Origin: Gemmatimonadales bacterium
Lineage (GTDB): Bacteria > Gemmatimonadota > Gemmatimonadetes > Gemmatimonadales > GWC2-71-9
Reading direction: 5' to 3'
Assembly (NCBI GenBank): GCA_037189525.1
Contig: JBBCJC010000002.1
Coordinates: 1-64,000 of the forward strand
DNA length: 64,000 nucleotides
Position numbers and translations under genes: made by a program. The stretch's first letter is position 1; every line of letters begins with the position of its first letter. Below, one piece after another: positions 28,438 through 37,841 of the stretch. A model generated the notes under the pieces. That model worked only from the letters and a program-made list of their open reading frames with translations, was not told where the DNA came from and made no database searches.

Positions 28438-28592
28438 GACTTTTCCTTGACCATCTTGTCGACGATGGGACCAGCCATCAGTGCAGCCATGGCGTGGACG
28501 AGCACCCCGACCAGCAGGGTGACGAAGGTCAGCGCGAAGAGGATGCCGGCGGCGCCCAGAAAGGCGAACACGCGTCCGATCGGTTCCAGCAT
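28434..28592 (-). CDS. Small membrane protein (52 aa), not in the ORF track
   Basis: MLEPIGRVFAFLGAAGILFALTFVTLLVGVLVHAMAALMAGPIVDKMVKEKS*; host-like codons; stop overlaps the convergent gene's stop. Confidence 0.6.
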   Translation of the reverse strand: MLEPIGRVFAFLGAAGILFALTFVTLLVGVLVHAMAALMAGPIVDKMVKEKS

Positions 28593-28678
28593 AAGTCAGG
28601 TCCAAGTGCGGGACAGACTACCAAGTTAACCTGTAAGCCTTATAGTGGCAACCAGTTAGCCTGAACCGGCCCGGCTGG

Positions 28679-29782
28679 TCAGGCCGCCTTGATCTCGGTC
28701 CAGATCCGGTCCCAGAGCTCGACCCCCTCCCCCAGATCGCGCTGATACTCCAGTCGCTCCAGCTCCGCCGCCGAGGGATACGGCGGGGCGAGGCGGGTCA
28801 ACGCCTGCGCCGCCTGGTTCGGCGTCCCGTATCCGGTCGCGTCCGCAATGGCCGCCGCCACTTCGGGCCGGAGGATGTAGTCGATGAAAGCGTGCGCAGC
28901 TCTCGGATGGGGCGCGGTCCGGAGCACCACCAGCGCATCCGCGAAGATCATGCTCCCCTCCTTCGGCACCACGAACCCGATCTCAGGTTGCTCGGCCATG
29001 GCCTGCGCGGCGTCACCGCTCCAGAGCTGAGCCAGCCAGATATCACCCGCGATGAGCTGGCTTTTGACCGGCGCCGAGGCATAGGCGCGGAGATTGGGCT
29101 TGGCCGCCAGCGCGTCCCGCTTGGCGTCGGCCAGTTCGCCCGGATCGACCGAGTTGATCGAGCGCCCGCGATAGCGGAGGAAGCAGCCGATCACGTCGCG
29201 CACGTCGTCGAGCATCGTCATCTTGCCGCGATAAGTGGCGTCGTGAAACACGCCCCAGCTGTCCGGCGCCGACGGGAGCCGGTCCTTGCGGTAGGCAATG
29301 CCGGTGGTTCCCCATCCCCAGGGAACGGAGTGCACCCCACCCGCGTCCCAGACCGGGTCGGCAAAGAGCGGCGCCAGATTGCCCAGGTTGCTCAGGTACC
29401 GCCGGTTGAGCGGCGCAATCAGGTCCCGACCGAGCAACAGCGGGAAGAGGTACGTGGCCGGAAGCGCCAGATCGTATCCCGTGGCTCCGGCCAGGAGTTT
29501 GGCCGCCAGCTCTTCGTTGCTTTCGTAGGTATCGAGCGACACTTCGACGCCATGCTCGGACTCGAACCGCGAAATCGTGTCGGGCGCCAGATAATCCGAC
29601 CAGAGATAGAGATTGAGCCGTTTCTCGATCGGCCCCAGGTCGCCCGAGAAATCGCGGGGCGCCGCTTTCCCGCAAGCGCCTAACAATGCCGCCGCCGCGG
29701 ACGACCCGAGAGCGGCTGCCGCGGCGCTCTGGAGGAAGTCGCGCCGTGGCAGGGTCCGGTCAGATCGATCGAAGAATGGCAC
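28679..29782 (-). CDS. potD: Spermidine/putrescine ABC transporter substrate-binding protein
   Basis: Tat/lipoprotein signal RRDFL...LGAC; LYLWSDY, YESNEE, WGTTGIAY, WSGDA, PKEG. Confidence 0.88.
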   Translation of the reverse strand: MPFFDRSDRTLPRRDFLQSAAAAALGSSAAAALLGACGKAAPRDFSGDLGPIEKRLNLYLWSDYLAPDTISRFESEHGVEVSLDTYESNEELAAKLLAGATGYDLALPATYLFPLLLGRDLIAPLNRRYLSNLGNLAPLFADPVWDAGGVHSVPWGWGTTGIAYRKDRLPSAPDSWGVFHDATYRGKMTMLDDVRDVIGCFLRYRGRSINSVDPGELADAKRDALAAKPNLRAYASAPVKSQLIAGDIWLAQLWSGDAAQAMAEQPEIGFVVPKEGSMIFADALVVLRTAPHPRAAHAFIDYILRPEVAAAIADATGYGTPNQAAQALTRLAPPYPSAAELERLEYQRDLGEGVELWDRIWTEIKAA

Positions 29783-30998
29783 GGGACTCCGTCAGCAGGC
29801 GGTCGATGTCTCGAGGGCGACTGTGCAGATGCGGCGCAACCCGGATCCCCGGCCCGCGGTGCGCTACGATCACCCCGCGCGCCACCAGGCCACGGGTCAA
29901 GGCCGTATCCCGATCCCGATCGCCAGTGGTCAGGCAGACCAGGGTCGAGCGGCTCTCGGGCGCCAGATTGGACAGGCATCGGAGACCGGTGTCCGGCAGC
30001 CCGGCAAGCAGGCGATCGAGCAGGCTCTTCACGTGCCGTTCGATGACCGGTACTCCGATTTCGAGCAGGAGCTCGACCGACTGATCGAGCGCCACGAGCG
30101 CGGGGTCAGCCTGCCCGCCCACCTGGAAACGGGATGCATCCGGCTTCCAGGCAATGGTCGGACGGCCGAAAACGGAGGTCGTCATGCTCATCCAGCCGGC
30201 GCGGTCGGGCCGGATGGTGGGCAACCGTTCCGGAGCCACATAGAGCACCGCGGCGCCTGGCATCCCCATCAGCCACTTGTAGCCGCCGGCCACGAGAATA
30301 TCGACGCCGGCGGTACGGAGATCGATCGGTGTCGCCCCGACGCTCTGGATCGCATCGACGATCGACAGCGCTCCGGCAGCTCGGCAGGCGGAGCCCAGCT
30401 GTGCCAGATCTATCCGGTGGCCGTTCTGCCAATGGACATGGCTCACCAGGACCGCGCGGGTCCGTCCATCGATCTGCCCGAGCACCTGGCCGAGATCGAG
30501 ATGCGTATCGACCGGGACCTGGCGCACCTCGACCCCACGCCGCGCCAGATCGAGCGCGGCGTAGATGACGCCCGGATAGTCATTGGCGGGGCAGACCACG
30601 TTGTCGCCGGGCTGCCAGTCGATCCCGTTGACGGCGGAGACGATCCCATCGCTGGTCGTCGGAACGAAGGTGAGCGACTCGACCGGCGCACCGAGCAGGC
30701 GGCTCAGCTTTTCCCGCAACGGAGTCGCGTCGTAGTCCTGTGCCCCGGCCTGGTAGAGCCGATGGACTTCCTGGCGGTTGGTCAGATAGGTCGAGACCGC
30801 GGCGGCGGAACGGCGCGGCAACGGTGAGGACGCCGCGTGGTTGAGATACGCCGCCTCTCTCACTCCGGGAAACTCGGCCGGCGCGAGGCCGCCGTCCTGT
30901 GCTGCCGCCAATCTGGGATCCAGCATTGCGCTCCACATCCCCAGGCCGACGCCGGCCTGGGCCATCCGGTCTACGAACGTCCGGCGAGGTATCGTCAC
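29760..30998 (-). CDS. Tat-exported class V PLP-dependent enzyme
   Basis: RRTFV signal; YLNHAASSP, VDAIQS.G, GGYKWLMG, IRVAPH; no desulfurase catalytic Cys motif. Confidence 0.85.
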   Translation of the reverse strand: MTIPRRTFVDRMAQAGVGLGMWSAMLDPRLAAAQDGGLAPAEFPGVREAAYLNHAASSPLPRRSAAAVSTYLTNRQEVHRLYQAGAQDYDATPLREKLSRLLGAPVESLTFVPTTSDGIVSAVNGIDWQPGDNVVCPANDYPGVIYAALDLARRGVEVRQVPVDTHLDLGQVLGQIDGRTRAVLVSHVHWQNGHRIDLAQLGSACRAAGALSIVDAIQSVGATPIDLRTAGVDILVAGGYKWLMGMPGAAVLYVAPERLPTIRPDRAGWMSMTTSVFGRPTIAWKPDASRFQVGGQADPALVALDQSVELLLEIGVPVIERHVKSLLDRLLAGLPDTGLRCLSNLAPESRSTLVCLTTGDRDRDTALTRGLVARGVIVAHRGPGIRVAPHLHSRPRDIDRLLTESRAILRSI

Positions 30999-31801
30999 AA
31001 ACGGTCTCCGGACATCACGGGGTCTCTGGTCGCACGCGTCCGGACGCGCTCGGCAAGATAGAGCAGACCGGCCGTCGCCACCACGATGATGGTACTGACG
31101 GCGTTAATGGTCGGCTCGATGTTGCGCCGAGCCATGCCATAGATCACGACCGGGAGGGTGGACGACCCGGCCCCGGACACGAAAGAGGTGATGATATAGT
31201 CGTCGAACGACAGGGTAAACGCGAGCAGCGCGCCGGCAATGATGCCCGGCATCAGAGCCGGCAGGGTCACCCGCCGAAAGGCGGACCACTCGTCGGCCCC
31301 CAGCATCATCGCGGCCTCTTCGAGGTGGCGGTCCATTCCCCGGAGCCGGGCGCCAACCACGACTGCCACGAACGGTACGCAGAAGGTGATGTGCGCCACG
31401 GTGATGGTTCCGACACCGAGCGGTACGCCGGCAAAGGCAAAGAGACCGAGCAGCGCGATGCCCATGATGATCTCGGGCGTCACGAGCGGCAGATAGAGCA
31501 GACTTTCGGCGGCGCGACGGCCACGCCACCGATGACGCGCCAATGCCATGGCGAGCAACGTACCGAGCACAGTCGAGATGACCGTCGCCACCAGCGCGAC
31601 CGCGACGCTGCGGCCGAGACCGGCAAGGATGTCGCCACGACCCAGCAGGTCGCGATACCAGGCCAGCGTAAAGCCGGTCCAGCTGGCGGAAAACTTCGAA
31701 TCGTTGAACGAAAAGACGATCAGCGCGGCAAGCGGCGCGTGCAGAAAGACGAACCCGACCAGCGCGAGCGCCGAAACCCATCGGGGAATCCGCCGCTTCA
31801 T
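30995..31801 (-). CDS. potC: Polyamine ABC transporter permease
   Basis: FSFN, LEEAAMMLGA (EAA loop), FTLSFDD. Confidence 0.88.
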   Translation of the reverse strand: MKRRIPRWVSALALVGFVFLHAPLAALIVFSFNDSKFSASWTGFTLAWYRDLLGRGDILAGLGRSVAVALVATVISTVLGTLLAMALARHRWRGRRAAESLLYLPLVTPEIIMGIALLGLFAFAGVPLGVGTITVAHITFCVPFVAVVVGARLRGMDRHLEEAAMMLGADEWSAFRRVTLPALMPGIIAGALLAFTLSFDDYIITSFVSGAGSSTLPVVIYGMARRNIEPTINAVSTIIVVATAGLLYLAERVRTRATRDPVMSGDRL

Positions 31802-32667
31802 GGCCCCACCGAAGGCACGGCATCGCGCCGGCGCAGATAGAGCACGACGGCGAGCAGGACCGCCAGCATCACGACCAGCGCCGCCGCGGAACCGAACGGC
31901 CAGTTTCTCGCGGCCCCGAACTGATTCTGGATCAGATTGCCGATCATGGCGTGCTTGGCGCCGCCCAGCAGGTCGGACGTCACGAACGACCCCAGCGCCG
32001 GAATGAAGGTCAGCAGACAGCCCGCAATCACCCCGGGCATCGAAAGCGGCAGCACGACGTGAAAGAACCGGGCCGCCGGACTCGCGCCCAGCGTTTCAGC
32101 AGCCTCGAGCAGCGTATCGTCGAGCTTTTCCAGCGAGGCGTAGATCGGCAGGACCATGAGCGGCAGGAAGCCGTAGACCAGCCCCGCCAGCACGGCTCCG
32201 GGTGTGTACAGGAGCGTCAGCGGCGTGTCGATCACACCAAGCGACAGCAGCACACCATTGATGAAGCCGGTGTCGCGCAACAGAAAAATCATCGCGAACA
32301 TCCGGACCAGAAAGCTGGTCCAGAAGGGCAGGATGACGAGAAAGAGCAGCAGCCGGCGCCATCGGATTGCCCGCGCAATCACGAAGGCAATCGGATACCC
32401 GATCAGCAGCGACACGACGGTGCAGATCAAAGCCCACCAGATGGTCCGCCCGACGATACCGAGATAGAGCGGATCGACGAAGCGCCGATAGTGCTCCAGG
32501 GTAAAACCGGGTTCGACACCGCCGTAGAGACCGCGCTCCATCAGACTGAAGCCGACGATCAGAACGAGCGGCACCGCAAAGAAGATGGCCAGCCAGAGCA
32601 GGCCCGGTGTCGCCAGCAACGGACCGACTCGTTCGGGCCGGCGGGAAAGGCGCCCGAACAGCGTCAC
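31798..32667 (-). CDS. potB: Polyamine ABC transporter permease
   Basis: LPFWTSFLVR, LLEAAETLGA, RNWPFGSA; GTG start overlapping the potA stop. Confidence 0.88.
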   Translation of the reverse strand: MTLFGRLSRRPERVGPLLATPGLLWLAIFFAVPLVLIVGFSLMERGLYGGVEPGFTLEHYRRFVDPLYLGIVGRTIWWALICTVVSLLIGYPIAFVIARAIRWRRLLLFLVILPFWTSFLVRMFAMIFLLRDTGFINGVLLSLGVIDTPLTLLYTPGAVLAGLVYGFLPLMVLPIYASLEKLDDTLLEAAETLGASPAARFFHVVLPLSMPGVIAGCLLTFIPALGSFVTSDLLGGAKHAMIGNLIQNQFGAARNWPFGSAAALVVMLAVLLAVVLYLRRRDAVPSVGP

Positions 32668-33794
32668 GCCGTGGACTCCAGCACCTGGCAATCGTCGGGA
32701 CGCCAGGCCACCGCCACCCGTTGCCCCCGTTGCCAGGGAATTGGATTGCCCAGCTGGCCTTCGTTGCGGAGCGCGACCCGGACCGGTCGCCCGCCCTCCA
32801 GTGCCACCAGCACGTGGATCGTCTCGCCCAGATAGATCACCTCGGCGATGGTGCCGAGCAGGCGGTTCTCGCCCGGGGGCACGGCATCGGGCGGGAAGAG
32901 ATCCATCCATTCCGGACGCACGGCGATCTCGATGGTATCACCCGGGCGCGCGTTGGCCGGTACCGGAACGATGAACGCGCCTTCGGAGCCCTCGACCTCG
33001 GCGCCGGCGCCGTTGAGCTGCCGGATCGCGCCCCGAACGAAGTTGGATTCGCCGATGAATGAGGCCACGAACGCGGTTCGCGGATTCTCGTAGACCTCCG
33101 CCGGCGTTCCCAACTGGGCCACCCGGGCGTGGTCCATCACCGCGATCCGATCGGACATCGCCAGCGCCTCTTCCTGGTCATGGGTCACGTAGACGAACGT
33201 GATGCCCAGCGAGCGATTGAGGGCTTTGAGTTCGAGTTGCATCTCTTTGCGCAGCTTGAGATCGAGCGCGCCGAGCGGCTCGTCGAGCAGCAGGATCCGA
33301 GGCTCGAGCACGAGCGCCCGGGCCAGCGCCACCCGCTGCCGCTGGCCGCCCGACAGCTCGGCCGGCCGGCGGCGGCGGTACCGTACCGGGTCGAGCCGGA
33401 CCAGCTCGAGCGCCCGTCCGACCCGTTCGGCAATCGTGGCCGCGGCGACCTTCTGCTGGGTCAATCCGAAGCCGACGTTGCGTTCGACATCGAGATGCGG
33501 AAAGAGGGCGTAGGTCTGGAAGACCATCCCGATGCCGCGCTGATACGGGCGAAGGTCCGCAACCGAGCGGCCGGCAATCCGGATGTCACCGCCGCCCTGG
33601 TCGGGGGTTTCGAGCCCGGCAATCAGTCGGAGCGTCGTCGTCTTGCCGCAGCCCGAGGGACCCAGCATCGAAAAGAACTCGCCTTCTTCGATCCGGAGGT
33701 CGACCCCGTCGACGGCCGGGATGGCTCCATAGCTCTTGCGGACCCGGACGAGTTCGACCGCCGGTGGAGGGGAGGAGCCGGGCGCAATGGTCAC
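32664..33794 (-). CDS. potA: Polyamine ABC transporter ATP-binding protein
   Basis: GPSGCGKTT, LSGGQRQR, LLLDEP, VTHDQEEA, TOBE-like tail. Confidence 0.9.
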   Translation of the reverse strand: MTIAPGSSPPPAVELVRVRKSYGAIPAVDGVDLRIEEGEFFSMLGPSGCGKTTTLRLIAGLETPDQGGGDIRIAGRSVADLRPYQRGIGMVFQTYALFPHLDVERNVGFGLTQQKVAAATIAERVGRALELVRLDPVRYRRRRPAELSGGQRQRVALARALVLEPRILLLDEPLGALDLKLRKEMQLELKALNRSLGITFVYVTHDQEEALAMSDRIAVMDHARVAQLGTPAEVYENPRTAFVASFIGESNFVRGAIRQLNGAGAEVEGSEGAFIVPVPANARPGDTIEIAVRPEWMDLFPPDAVPPGENRLLGTIAEVIYLGETIHVLVALEGGRPVRVALRNEGQLGNPIPWQRGQRVAVAWRPDDCQVLESTA

Positions 33795-33889
33795 AGGCAA
33801 TGGACGCTCATCTGCACGGAGTCGAACGGGGTATCCAATCCAAGATCCGAAGTGTACGTTCCCGACTATCAGCCGCAAGCGCCAGCGTC

Positions 33890-35341
33890 ATGTATTTCCC
33901 GTCCCCCGAAGCGCTGCTCACCATGGGTCACATCGCCGGCGCGGCGCTGGTGACGGGGCATGTGCTGCTCACCAAGAAAGAGGTGCGTGCCGCCATCGGG
34001 TGGACCGGTCTGGCCTGGCTGGCGCCGATGGTCGGGCCGATCATCTACCTCTTTTTCGGCATCAACCGGATCCACCGCGCAGCAGGCCGGATTCGTGAAG
34101 CCCGCGATCTCCACACCGCCGAGCGGCGCGCCATGGTGCTGTCACCGGGCGGCCGCGCCGTGCCGGCTCCGCTCCGCGCACCGGTACCGGCCCCGTGGCA
34201 ACCCCTGGCGACCCTCACCGGCAACCTGGCGCCCGAGTCCCTGGTTGCCGGCAACGACATTGCAGCACTGGAGGATGGCGACCAGGCCTATCCCGCCATG
34301 CTCGCGGCGATCGACCAGGCGGAGCGAAGCATCGGGCTCGCCACTTACATCTTCGACCGCGGCCAGATCGGCGGCCGCTTCGTCGACGCGCTGGCGCGGG
34401 CGCACGAGCGCGGGGTCGACGTGCGGGTCCTGATCGACGGCGTGGGCGCCCGATACAGCCGACCCTCGATCGTCAAAGACCTCCGGCGCCGAGGCATCCG
34501 GGTCGCGCAGTTCCTGCCGCCGCTCCTCCCGCTGCCGAATCCGTACTTCAATTTGCGCAGCCACCGGAAGATCCTGACGATCGATGGCCGGGTCGGGTTT
34601 TCCGGCGGCATGAATATTCGCGACGCCTGCGTACTGGCCCTTCCTTCCGCGATGCCGACCCGGGATCTCCACTTCCGGCTGCAGGGTCCGATCGTGCATC
34701 AGCTCCAGGAAACTTTCACCTTCGACTGGCGTTTCACCACCGGCGAGCGGCTCGACGGCGCCGCCTGGTTCCCCGCATTGGAGGAACGGGGCAGCATCCT
34801 GGCACGGGGCCTGGCCACCGGCCCCGACGAGTCGGGGGACGCCCTGCTGCTCACGCTGCTTGGCGCGCTGGCGCAGGCCCGTCACCGCATCCGGATCGTC
34901 ACCCCGTACTTTCTGCCGGACACCGCCATTCTCGACGCGCTGCAAGTCGCAGCGCTCCGCGGCGTCGACGTCGAAATCCTGCTACCGGAACGCAGCAACC
35001 TCCGGCTGGTCCAATGGGCGCAGGGTGCCCAGCTGCTCCGGGTCATCGAAGGGGGCTGTCGGGTGCTGCTGACCCCTGCCCCGTTCGATCATTCCAAGCT
35101 GATGGTGGTCGATGGCGGCTGGACTCTGATCGGATCGGCCAACTGGGACCCGCGGTCGCTGCGCCTCAATTTCGAGCAGGTGGTCGAGTGCTATTGCGAG
35201 CGCTTTGCCGCCGAGGCCGAGCGCATCGTCGCCGGGAAGCGAGCCGGCGCCCGGCATCTCGAAGCGGCGGAGATCCGGCAGCGCCCGCTGCCGATCCGGC
35301 TCCGGGACGGCGTTGCCTGGCTGGCACAACCGTACCTCTGA
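33890..35341 (+). CDS. cls: Cardiolipin synthase (phospholipase D family)
   Basis: N-terminal TM pair; two HKD motifs (HRKILTID, HSKLMVVD). Confidence 0.9.
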   Translation: MYFPSPEALLTMGHIAGAALVTGHVLLTKKEVRAAIGWTGLAWLAPMVGPIIYLFFGINRIHRAAGRIREARDLHTAERRAMVLSPGGRAVPAPLRAPVPAPWQPLATLTGNLAPESLVAGNDIAALEDGDQAYPAMLAAIDQAERSIGLATYIFDRGQIGGRFVDALARAHERGVDVRVLIDGVGARYSRPSIVKDLRRRGIRVAQFLPPLLPLPNPYFNLRSHRKILTIDGRVGFSGGMNIRDACVLALPSAMPTRDLHFRLQGPIVHQLQETFTFDWRFTTGERLDGAAWFPALEERGSILARGLATGPDESGDALLLTLLGALAQARHRIRIVTPYFLPDTAILDALQVAALRGVDVEILLPERSNLRLVQWAQGAQLLRVIEGGCRVLLTPAPFDHSKLMVVDGGWTLIGSANWDPRSLRLNFEQVVECYCERFAAEAERIVAGKRAGARHLEAAEIRQRPLPIRLRDGVAWLAQPYL

Positions 35342-35346
35342 CCTGC

Positions 35347-37119
35347 CTAACGAGTCGAGCCGCCCGCCCAGAACCTGGATACGAGGCGAATCAGCCAGGT
35401 ACCGCTCACCAGCAGCACGACCCCCCAGAACAGCGCAGGTCCGGTCCGGCCGTAGAGCACGCTCCCGGTGCCGAACAGCGCCGCGTAGACTGCGGAGCAA
35501 CCGAGCACCCAGCCGAGCAATGCCTGGGGCAGGCTGTCGCTCGCGGCCGGCACACCCGCCTGCGCTCTGATCCGGGCCCATCCTGGGCCACCGGGACGCG
35601 TGGTGCGATAGAACTGCTCGAGGGTGGCATCGTCGACCGGTTTGGTCAGGAACGTGGCCAGCACCCAGACCACCGTGGTGATGACGACGGTGGTGATCAG
35701 TCCGATGTGCGGCGCGACACCATGCCCCGCCTTGGCGGCAAGGAAGAATGCCAGCGAGACCACGAACGAGCTGACCATCGCCGCAATTTCGCTCCAGGCA
35801 TTGATCCGCCACCAGAACCAGCGCAGCAGATAGAGCAATCCGGTACCCGCGCCGATCGACATCAGCAGTTCAAAGGTGGCTTTGGCTGAATCGAGCACCA
35901 GCGTAATCAGCGCGGCGACCACCATCAGCAGTGCGGTCGTCAGCCGGCTCACCGCGACATAGTGGCGTTCCGACTTGCCCGGCTGGAGGAAGCGTCGATA
36001 AAAGTCGTGGACCAGATACGAAGTGCCCCAGTTGAGCTGGGTCGTCAGGGTCGATACGTACGCAGCGAGCAGGCTCGCCACCATCAAACCGAGCACACCG
36101 GCCGGCAGAAAACGCAGCATGGCGGGATAGGCCATGTCATGGCCGAGCAGCTGCCGGTCGACGTGGGGAAAGACGCGAGCAATGTCGTCGAGCGTCGGAT
36201 AGACCAGAATCGAAGCCAGCGCGACCAGGATCCAGGGCCACGACCGGATGGCGTAATGCGCGAGGTTGAAGAACAACGTGCCGGCCAGCGCGTCCCGCTC
36301 GCTGCGCGACGCCAGGATCCGCTGCGCCACGTAGCTGCCACCGCCCGGCTCCGAACCGGGATACCAGACCGACCACCACTGCACCGTGAGCGGAATCACC
36401 AGCACGGTCAGTGTGAGGCTCCAGTCGCCGAAGTCGGGGAGGAAGCTGAGCGTCTTCGGGTCGAGCCTGGTCACCAGACCGGCCAGGCCGCCGACTTCGG
36501 GCTGCTGGAGCGCGTAGTAGGCCGCCGCGACAGCTCCAACCATCGCGATCCCGAACTGGATCATGTCCGTCACCATGACGCCCCAGAGCCCGGCGGTCGC
36601 GGCAAACAGGATGTTGATGATGGCGCAGATCAGGAGCGTCTGGCCGATCGGCCAGCCGAGCAGGATGTTGGCGATCTTGACGGCCGCGAGGTTGACCGAG
36701 GCCATGATGACGCAGTTGAAGAAGAGGCCCAGATAGACGGCGCGGAAGCCGCGCACCATGACGGCGGCCTTCCCGGCATACCGCATCTCGTAGAACTCGA
36801 GATCGGTCAGCATGCCCGAGCGGCGCCAGAGCTTGGCGTAGAAGAACACCGTCAGCATGCCGGTCAGCAGAAAGGCCCACCAGACCCAGTTCGCGGCGAC
36901 ACCGTTCTCGCGGACCAGATTGGTCACGAGGTTCGGCGTATCGGTGCTGAAGGTGGTGGCGACCATCGAGACGCCGATGAGCCACCAGGGCGCCGCCCGC
37001 CCGGAAGCGAAGAACTCGGTCGTATCGGACCCGCCCCGTCGAGCCAGCACCAGGGCCGGCAGGAACGCCACGACGACCGAGAGTGCGACAATGATCCAAT
37101 CGAGGGTCACGAGTTGCAT
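35347..37119 (-). CDS. Sodium:solute symporter
   Basis: FFASGR..PWW, SMVATTFS.DTP, multiple TM helices. Confidence 0.92.
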   Translation of the reverse strand: MQLVTLDWIIVALSVVVAFLPALVLARRGGSDTTEFFASGRAAPWWLIGVSMVATTFSTDTPNLVTNLVRENGVAANWVWWAFLLTGMLTVFFYAKLWRRSGMLTDLEFYEMRYAGKAAVMVRGFRAVYLGLFFNCVIMASVNLAAVKIANILLGWPIGQTLLICAIINILFAATAGLWGVMVTDMIQFGIAMVGAVAAAYYALQQPEVGGLAGLVTRLDPKTLSFLPDFGDWSLTLTVLVIPLTVQWWSVWYPGSEPGGGSYVAQRILASRSERDALAGTLFFNLAHYAIRSWPWILVALASILVYPTLDDIARVFPHVDRQLLGHDMAYPAMLRFLPAGVLGLMVASLLAAYVSTLTTQLNWGTSYLVHDFYRRFLQPGKSERHYVAVSRLTTALLMVVAALITLVLDSAKATFELLMSIGAGTGLLYLLRWFWWRINAWSEIAAMVSSFVVSLAFFLAAKAGHGVAPHIGLITTVVITTVVWVLATFLTKPVDDATLEQFYRTTRPGGPGWARIRAQAGVPAASDSLPQALLGWVLGCSAVYAALFGTGSVLYGRTGPALFWGVVLLVSGTWLIRLVSRFWAGGSTR

Positions 37120-37205
37120 GGGCCAGCGCTCCGATCCGAGTAAACGACCGAACCCGTCCGACTCCGCTGTGCCACCCGAGGTGGCCCAGGGCTACATTGT
37201 ACGAC

Positions 37206-37820
37206 ATGAATCAGGCGACCCGAGACCTCGCCGGCCGCTTCGAGCTCGAACTCGCCGGCGCGACCTCGACCCCGGTGGTACTGCGGGTGCTCGATACGCC
37301 GATCGGTCCGCTGGTGGCGGCAACCGTCGACCAGGGACTGGTCCTGCTCGAGTTCGGCAACGAGCAGCGGATCGATCGTCAGTTGAGTCTGATTACCCGC
37401 GATTTCGGACCGGCTCGGCTCGATCAGCATCCGATCATCGCCGCCACCGAGCGCGAACTGCGCGAGTATTTCGCCGGAACCCGCCAGCAATTCACCGTTC
37501 CGCTCGAAACCCGCGGCACGCCCTTCCAGGAACGAGTCTGGGCAGCGCTGATGACGATTCCCTACGGCACGACGACGGCCTACGCCGACATCGCCGACCG
37601 GCTCGGGATCAGCAACGGACAGCGCGCCGTCGGTCTGGCCAACGGACAGAATCGGATCTCGATCATCATCCCGTGCCACCGGGTCATCGAGCGAGCCGGC
37701 GGACTGCGCGGCTACGGGGGCGGCCTCGATCGCAAGAAGTTCCTGCTCGAACTCGAGGCCCGCCATTCGGACCCGCTCGCGGGCACGCCGCTCGGCGAGC
37801 AGGCGAGTCGTCCAGCCTAG
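37206..37820 (+). CDS. ogt: Methylated-DNA--protein-cysteine methyltransferase
   Basis: GTPFQ..VW, IPYG, IPCHRVI, GYGGG. Confidence 0.93.
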   Translation: MNQATRDLAGRFELELAGATSTPVVLRVLDTPIGPLVAATVDQGLVLLEFGNEQRIDRQLSLITRDFGPARLDQHPIIAATERELREYFAGTRQQFTVPLETRGTPFQERVWAALMTIPYGTTTAYADIADRLGISNGQRAVGLANGQNRISIIIPCHRVIERAGGLRGYGGGLDRKKFLLELEARHSDPLAGTPLGEQASRPA

Positions 37821-37841
37821 CCGACCCGCCTGCTGCGCTGA

